Positions 58,860-64,000 of a stretch of DNA of 64,000 nucleotides are shown in pieces. Source of the DNA: an uncultured Methylomirabilota bacterium (lineage in GTDB: Bacteria > Methylomirabilota > Methylomirabilia > Methylomirabilales > 2-02-FULL-66-22); assembly GCA_963845565.1 (NCBI GenBank), contig CAWJSJ010000001.1, forward strand, positions 832,001 through 896,000. Reading direction: 5' to 3'. The notes under the pieces are model-generated. The model saw only the letters and a program-made list of their open reading frames with translations, ran no database searches and was not told the origin of the DNA. A program made the translations under genes and the position numbers. The stretch's first letter is position 1. Each line of letters begins with the position of its first letter.

Positions 58860-60634
58860 CTAGAACTCCTCGAACTGCCCGGCCATGTCGTCCGTCCCCG
58901 TGGCCACACGGCTGGGCGACTGCACGGCTGGGCCGCTAGGCTGCCGGGCTGCCAAGCCACTTAGCTGGCGCGCGGCCTGGCCGCCGCGCAGCTTGGCCTT
59001 CAGCGGGATGACCTTCCCGCCCGATCCCAGGCTGACCGCCGAGGGCTGATCGCAGATCGCTGCTCCGGCGAGCTTGAACTGCGCCACCTGCGCTGACAAC
59101 TCCTCCGCCTGCGCCGCCAGGGTCTGGGCCGTGGAGCTGAGTTCTTCGGTCTGGGCGGCGTTCTGCTGGGTCACACTGTCCATCTGGCTTACGGCCTTGT
59201 TCACCTGTTCAATCCCCTGGGATTGCTCCTGAGAGGCGGCCGCGATCTCCGCGATGAGGTCCGCCACCTTCTTCACTTGCGTCATGATGTCGGTGAGCGT
59301 CGTGCCCGCCTTGAGGACCAACCGCGACCCGCCCTCAACCTTGGTGACCGAATCGGTGATCAGGTTCTTGATCTCCTTCGACGCCCCGGCGCTTCGCTGC
59401 GCGAGGGCCCGGACTTCGGCGGCCACCACGGCGAACCCTCTCCCCTGCTCCCCGGCCCGGGCGGCCTCTACGGCGGCGTTCAGGGCCAGCAGGTTGGTCT
59501 GGAACGCAATCTCGTCGATGGTGGTGATGATCGCCGCGATCTGTTTGGAGGACGCCGTGATGGCATCCATCGCCCCAACCGCTTCGTTCACCACTGTCCC
59601 GCCCTGCTCGGCCGAATCGCGCGCGCTGACGGCCATCTGGTTTGCCTGCCGCGCGTTATCCGCGTTCTGCTTGACCGTGGAGGTCATCTCTTCCAGGGCG
59701 GCGGCGGTCTCCTCCAGGGAAGAGGCTTGCTCCTGGGCACCCGAGGAGAGCTGTCCGCTCCCGGCGGCGAGTTGCTGGGCGGCCGACGCCGTCTGCTGCG
59801 CCGCCTCTTGAACCTGGCTGATGGTCGAGGCGAACTGTTCCATCATTCGGTTCAGCGCCTGCCCCATCTGTCCTAATTCGTCCTGACTGTCGAGTTCCAC
59901 CCGGACCGTGAGATCCCCGCCGGCGCCTTGCTCCGCCTTCTCCACCACGTGTGTGAGCGCGCGCACGATGACTCGCGACAGCCCAAGACCCAGAAACACG
60001 CCCCCCACCGTCAAGCCGATCAGCAGGAGAGCGGTCAGCCAGGTGGTGCGGGTCGCCGACGTCTGGATCTGATCCGCAAACGCGTCCGCCCCCTTCAGGC
60101 GGAGGTCCGTCAGCGTGTTCAGCACGCCCCGGGCCTTCTCGAACTTCGCTGGTCCCCTCGCTCAGCGAGATGTCGATGGCGTCCTTCCGCGCCTCGGAGG
60201 AGTCCTTGCCCAGCAGCGCCGACCACTTCGATCGTGAGCTTTTCCCAGTCGACGAACGCGGCGTCGAACTCGCCCCACAGCTTCTTCTCAACGTCGGAGG
60301 CGGCAATGGCTTTATACTTGCCCCATCGCTCCTTCGCCTGCTGGATGTTCTCCGTGTGGTCCTTGCGCATGGCGACTGCCTCATCCGACGCTTGCCGCAG
60401 GAACATGAGGCTTCGCTCCGCGACCAGGGCCTGCTGCATGTCCCGGTCGGCTTCCACGAGGAAATCTACCGCCGGAAGATTCTCCCGGCTGGCCACCTGG
60501 AACGCCGAGGCCGCCCACCGAAAATTGGAGAGATTCCAGAATCCTGCCACCCCGGCAAGGACGACGATGACGATGAACGCCACCGTGATCTTTGTTCGGA
60601 TCTTCAGATCCCTCACCATGCGCATTGGTATCAC
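58860..60634 (-). pseudogene. Methyl-accepting chemotaxis protein (4-helix-bundle sensor, HAMP, signalling domain) split by two single-base frameshifts at ~60220 and ~60150
   Basis: Three successive frames give ...KLTIEVV / [23 protein letters not shown] / [16 protein letters not shown]...; [22 protein letters not shown]-terminal QFEEF. Confidence 0.88.
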
Positions 60635-60709
60635 CAGCCTTTCTGGATAATCCGAGGGTCGCCGCCGGCCGGCCGGCTCGGCCGACTGGCGGCGCCTCGA
60701 TGAGTGTGT

Positions 60710-61279
60710 CTACTTCGCCGCCTTTTCCAGTTTCGTCAGGTTGATCCCGACCACCAGGACCCCAATCGACTTCCCGCCGGACACCACCGGGACGCCTACC
60801 TGGATTTGATGGGTCTGGCTGCTCTCGTCGAACTCCGGGGCCCCCTGCCAGGCTTTTCCGCCGAAGGGCACGTCGAACTTCGGCGCGCCCTTGTGGATGT
60901 AGCTGGTGGTCTTCTCGATGAACGCCACCTTCTCCCCCTGGGCGGCACTCAGGAAAGCCTCGGGGTACGCATCCTTCGCCTCATCGGCCTTGGCCTTCAG
61001 GAACTTGCCGGCCTCGCAGGTCTGAAATCCCTTCACGAGGTCGTCACTCCGCCGGACCGCCTTCCACTTGGCATTGTCCATCCCGGCGATGGGGCCCTTG
61101 CCGTTCTGCGCTTCCACCGCCTTGACGATCGCCGGGTTCGCCGCCCAGCCCTTCAGGACCTCCACATGCTTGTCGATCTCTTTCTGGATAGCCGGGGTGA
61201 CCTCGAACGCGGCCCAGGCCATCGCCACCAGCGCCACCACCGCCCCAAACCCGAGCACTCCCACGATCCGCCGCATCAC
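60710..61279 (-). CDS. Secreted stand-alone Cache/PDC-like sensor-domain protein
   Basis: Signal peptide ending AWA, WAANPAIVKAV, EAFLSAAQGEKVA, EFDESS..QVGVPVVSGGKSIGVLVVGINL; no second TM or signalling domain. Confidence 0.72.
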   Translation of the reverse strand: MMRRIVGVLGFGAVVALVAMAWAAFEVTPAIQKEIDKHVEVLKGWAANPAIVKAVEAQNGKGPIAGMDNAKWKAVRRSDDLVKGFQTCEAGKFLKAKADEAKDAYPEAFLSAAQGEKVAFIEKTTSYIHKGAPKFDVPFGGKAWQGAPEFDESSQTHQIQVGVPVVSGGKSIGVLVVGINLTKLEKAAK

Positions 61280-61378
61280 ATCCTCCTCTGGTGGTGTGTT
61301 CCACCGTGTGTTCGACCGGCCCCGGCGCAGCTCTCTCGCAATCCGGATCGAGCCCTGCGCCTCGCATTGCGATCCGGC

Positions 61379-61885
61379 CTAGTTATTGAGCGCAGCCGAT
61401 CCACTCGCCTGGACCACCGTGGCTGCCTCGGCGGCCCCTAACACCTTGTCGATGTCCAGCAGGATGACCAACTTCTCCCCCGATTCCCCCGTCGCGGCCA
61501 GTCCGGTCAAGAGCGAGGTGTCCAATTGTCCGTGCAGATCCGGGGTGGGCTGGATGGCGTCGCTGGTGACCGTGAGGACGTCACTGACCGCATCCACCAC
61601 AAAGCCGAGCGTCTTTCCCTGGACCTGGACGACCACGATGACCGTGAATTGGGTATAGTCAACCTCCGGAAGACTGAACTTCTTCCGGAGATCCACGATG
61701 GGGACGATGGTTCCCCGGAGATTCAGGACACCCTTGACGTAGGTGGGGGCGTTGGGGAGCGGGGTGACGGCGGCGTATCCCTTGATCTCCTGGATCTTCA
61801 GGATCTCGACCCCGTACTCTTCCTTCCCCAAGGCAAAGGTGAGGAACTGATGGGTGGATTCACTCGCGGTCCGCTGCTGCTCCAT
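61379..61885 (-). CDS. cheW: Chemotaxis adaptor CheW
   Basis: QFLTFALGKEEYGVEILKIQEI, GVLNLRGTIVPIVDLR, GFVVDAVSDV. Confidence 0.98.
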   Translation of the reverse strand: MEQQRTASESTHQFLTFALGKEEYGVEILKIQEIKGYAAVTPLPNAPTYVKGVLNLRGTIVPIVDLRKKFSLPEVDYTQFTVIVVVQVQGKTLGFVVDAVSDVLTVTSDAIQPTPDLHGQLDTSLLTGLAATGESGEKLVILLDIDKVLGAAEAATVVQASGSAALNN

Positions 61886-61968
61886 GATGTCTGCTCCTCT
61901 TGATGAATTGTAGGCACTTTGGGGCGGCCCGGCGGCCGCGCTGTGTCGCTGTCTGGTTGCCCCGGCGT

Positions 61969-63684
61969 CTAGAACTCCTCGAAGTGTCCTGTGCGATCAT
62001 TCGTCCCCGTCGCGGTGGCTACTGCGGCGGCCCGACCGGCACGGGGCTTCCCCTTCAGCGGGATCACCTTCCCATGCCGATCGTCGCGGCTCGCGGCGCG
62101 TGGCTCACGGCTCGCGGGCTGTGGCTCGTGGGTTGCCGTCAGCTTAAACTGCGCCACCTGCGCCGAGAGCTCCTCCGCCTGGGCGGCCAGGCTCTGGGCG
62201 GTGGAGGAGAGTTCCTCCGTTTGGGCGGCGTTCTGCTGGGTGACGGAATCCATCTGGGTGACGGCCTTGTTGACCTGTTCGATCCCCTGGGCCTGCTCGG
62301 TAGAGGCGGCGGTGATCTCGGCGATCAGGTCGGCCACCTTCTTGACGCCGCTCACGATCTCGGTGAGGGTGCTGCCCGCCTGGTTGACGAGTCTGGCGCC
62401 GTCCTCGACCTTGCTCACGCTGTCGGTGATCAAGGCTTTGATCTCCTTGGACGCGCCGGCACTCCGTTGGGCCAGGGCCCGAACCTCACTGGCCACCACA
62501 GCGAAGCCGCGGCCTTGCTCCCCGGCCCGGGCAGCTTCCACGGCGGCATTTAAGGCCAGCAGGTTGGTCTGGAAGGCGATCTCGTCGATGGTGGTGATGA
62601 TGGCGGCGATCTGCTTGGACGAGGCGGTGATGGCGGCCATGGCGCCGACCGCTTGGGTGACTACGGTCCCGCCCTGCTCGGCGGCGCTACGGGCCCCCGT
62701 CGCCATCTGGTTCGCCTGGCGGGCGTTGTCGGCGTTCTGCTTGACGGTGGCCGTCATCTCTTCCAGGGAGGCGGCGGTCTCTTCCAGGGAGCTAGCCTGT
62801 TCCTGGGCCCCGCTGCTGAGCTGCTCGGACCCGGCGGCCAATTGCTGGGCGGCGGAGGCGGTCTGTTGGGAGGCCTGGCCCACCTCTCGCATGCTGGTCT
62901 CAAACTTCTCCAGCATGCCGTTGAGAGCCGTGCCCATCTGGCCGAGCTCGTCCTGGGTGTCGAGGGCGACCCGGACGGTGAGGTCGCCGGTGGCGGCCTG
63001 GTCCACCGTCTCCACGACGTGGGCGAGGGCCTTCGCGATGAGGGACGCGATAAAGTAGCCAAGCGCGATGGCGAGGAGGATGCCCAGCCCGATGATACCC
63101 AGCATCATCAGGCGGGCGCTTGTTTCCGCACTCTTGGTCTCTTGGTAAGCCTGTTGGCCGCTCTTCCTGAAGAGGTCCATGGCCTCCTTCACGGCGGTCA
63201 TGGCGGTCCGGACGTCTTCGGCCCCCTTACCGATGGCATAGGCGAGCGCTTCGGCCTTCTTTCCCTCGGTGCTCAGTGGGAGCACTTGCTGGGTCAGCAT
63301 CTGCATGTAGGCACCGAAGGCGGCCTTGAACTTCACCATGGCCTCGCGCTCGGCCTTGCCGAGCTCGACCTTCTCGATCTTGGCCACCTCCGCTTCGACG
63401 GCGGCCTCCGCCCCCTTGATGGCCGCCGCCTGCTTGGCCATCGCCTCCTTGTCTGGCAGCTGCATGTGGTACAGGGCGGACGCCCGGATGACCATGAACT
63501 GCTGTCGCGCCTCACCAAAATACTCGAGGGGGAGGAAGTTGTCGGCGAAGATCTCGTGCGCGTGGTTCGACATCATCGCCATGCTCCGCAGTCCGACCGC
63601 CCCGACCCCGGCCAGTAGCAGGGAGAGTAGGCCGAACCCCAGAAGAAGCTTTGTCATCGTTTTTTGATTCTTGAACCAGCGCAT
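61969..63684 (-). CDS. Methyl-accepting chemotaxis protein (4HB sensor, HAMP, Tsr-like signalling domain)
   Basis: MRWFKN..KLLLGF TM1, TM2, [35 protein letters not shown]-terminal HFEEF. Confidence 0.96.
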   Translation of the reverse strand: MRWFKNQKTMTKLLLGFGLLSLLLAGVGAVGLRSMAMMSNHAHEIFADNFLPLEYFGEARQQFMVIRASALYHMQLPDKEAMAKQAAAIKGAEAAVEAEVAKIEKVELGKAEREAMVKFKAAFGAYMQMLTQQVLPLSTEGKKAEALAYAIGKGAEDVRTAMTAVKEAMDLFRKSGQQAYQETKSAETSARLMMLGIIGLGILLAIALGYFIASLIAKALAHVVETVDQAATGDLTVRVALDTQDELGQMGTALNGMLEKFETSMREVGQASQQTASAAQQLAAGSEQLSSGAQEQASSLEETAASLEEMTATVKQNADNARQANQMATGARSAAEQGGTVVTQAVGAMAAITASSKQIAAIITTIDEIAFQTNLLALNAAVEAARAGEQGRGFAVVASEVRALAQRSAGASKEIKALITDSVSKVEDGARLVNQAGSTLTEIVSGVKKVADLIAEITAASTEQAQGIEQVNKAVTQMDSVTQQNAAQTEELSSTAQSLAAQAEELSAQVAQFKLTATHEPQPASREPRAASRDDRHGKVIPLKGKPRAGRAAAVATATGTNDRTGHFEEF

Positions 63685-63767
63685 GCTGCTCTCCTTTGTG
63701 GATTTATCGTCGCCAAACGTTCCCTCTCGGATCGGTCCCTCACACTTCCCACTCATGGTCCCGTCCG

Positions 63768-63908
63768 TTACCCGGCGTCCGGCAGCGTGCCCACGATCTC
63801 CGAGATCTTCAGGTCCACCCGGCACGCCACCTGCCCAAGCATGAAGGTGAGGAACTGCCGAATCGTGCCGGGTGCATATCTTGCGCTCGCGGTCGCGTGT
63901 GCCTCTAT
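63768..63908 (-). pseudogene. Decayed 5' fragment of a cheW paralog
   Basis: [33 protein letters not shown] aligns to the intact CheW MEQQRTAS..HQFLTFALGKEEYGVEILKIQEIKG; ATA sits at the start-codon position. Confidence 0.7.
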
Positions 63909-64000
63909 CCTCCCTACTTCTTGTCGAAAACTGTTCACGCCGTGCCGCGGAGCCATATCACGATCGAAGAAACCCGTGCCTCCGTGCGTCCGCCCCGAAG

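Overview
High-GC, gene-dense window from a diderm (FlgH/FlgI-encoding) bacterium. Essentially every credible gene is on the minus strand, and together they form one large flagellar/chemotaxis supercluster. In transcription order (right to left): a decayed cheW remnant, MCP, cheW, a secreted stand-alone Cache/PDC-like protein, a doubly frameshifted MCP, cheR-cheD-cheB; a sigma28-type promoter followed by a small ORF, an HDOD protein, a GAF-GAF histidine kinase, an unusual REC/pseudo-REC/4-Cys/STAS-like protein, motA-motB, a HAMP-like/CheZ protein, a REC-DHp-only protein and a CxxCH-containing hybrid kinase; sigma54-driven flgFGAHIJ, then flgMNKL-fliW-csrA; a sigma54-driven ~16.4 kb island of six mostly very large glycosyltransferase/TPR/methyltransferase genes (one frameshifted); a sigma28-driven minimal flagellin with a GGA-hairpin-rich leader, then fliS-fliD-fliT-flaG; a REC-SHOCT protein, an HD-GYP phosphodiesterase, a hybrid kinase, a pseudo-receiver kinase and a sigma54 activator; and sigma54-driven cheY-flgBC-fliEFGH-fliI (truncated by the window edge). 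I saw no rRNA, tRNA, CRISPR array or transposase. All assignments come from motifs recognised by eye, with no database search, and the host taxon cannot be fixed from this window. The best novelty candidates are the signalling module wrapped around motAB and the multi-domain glycosylation island.
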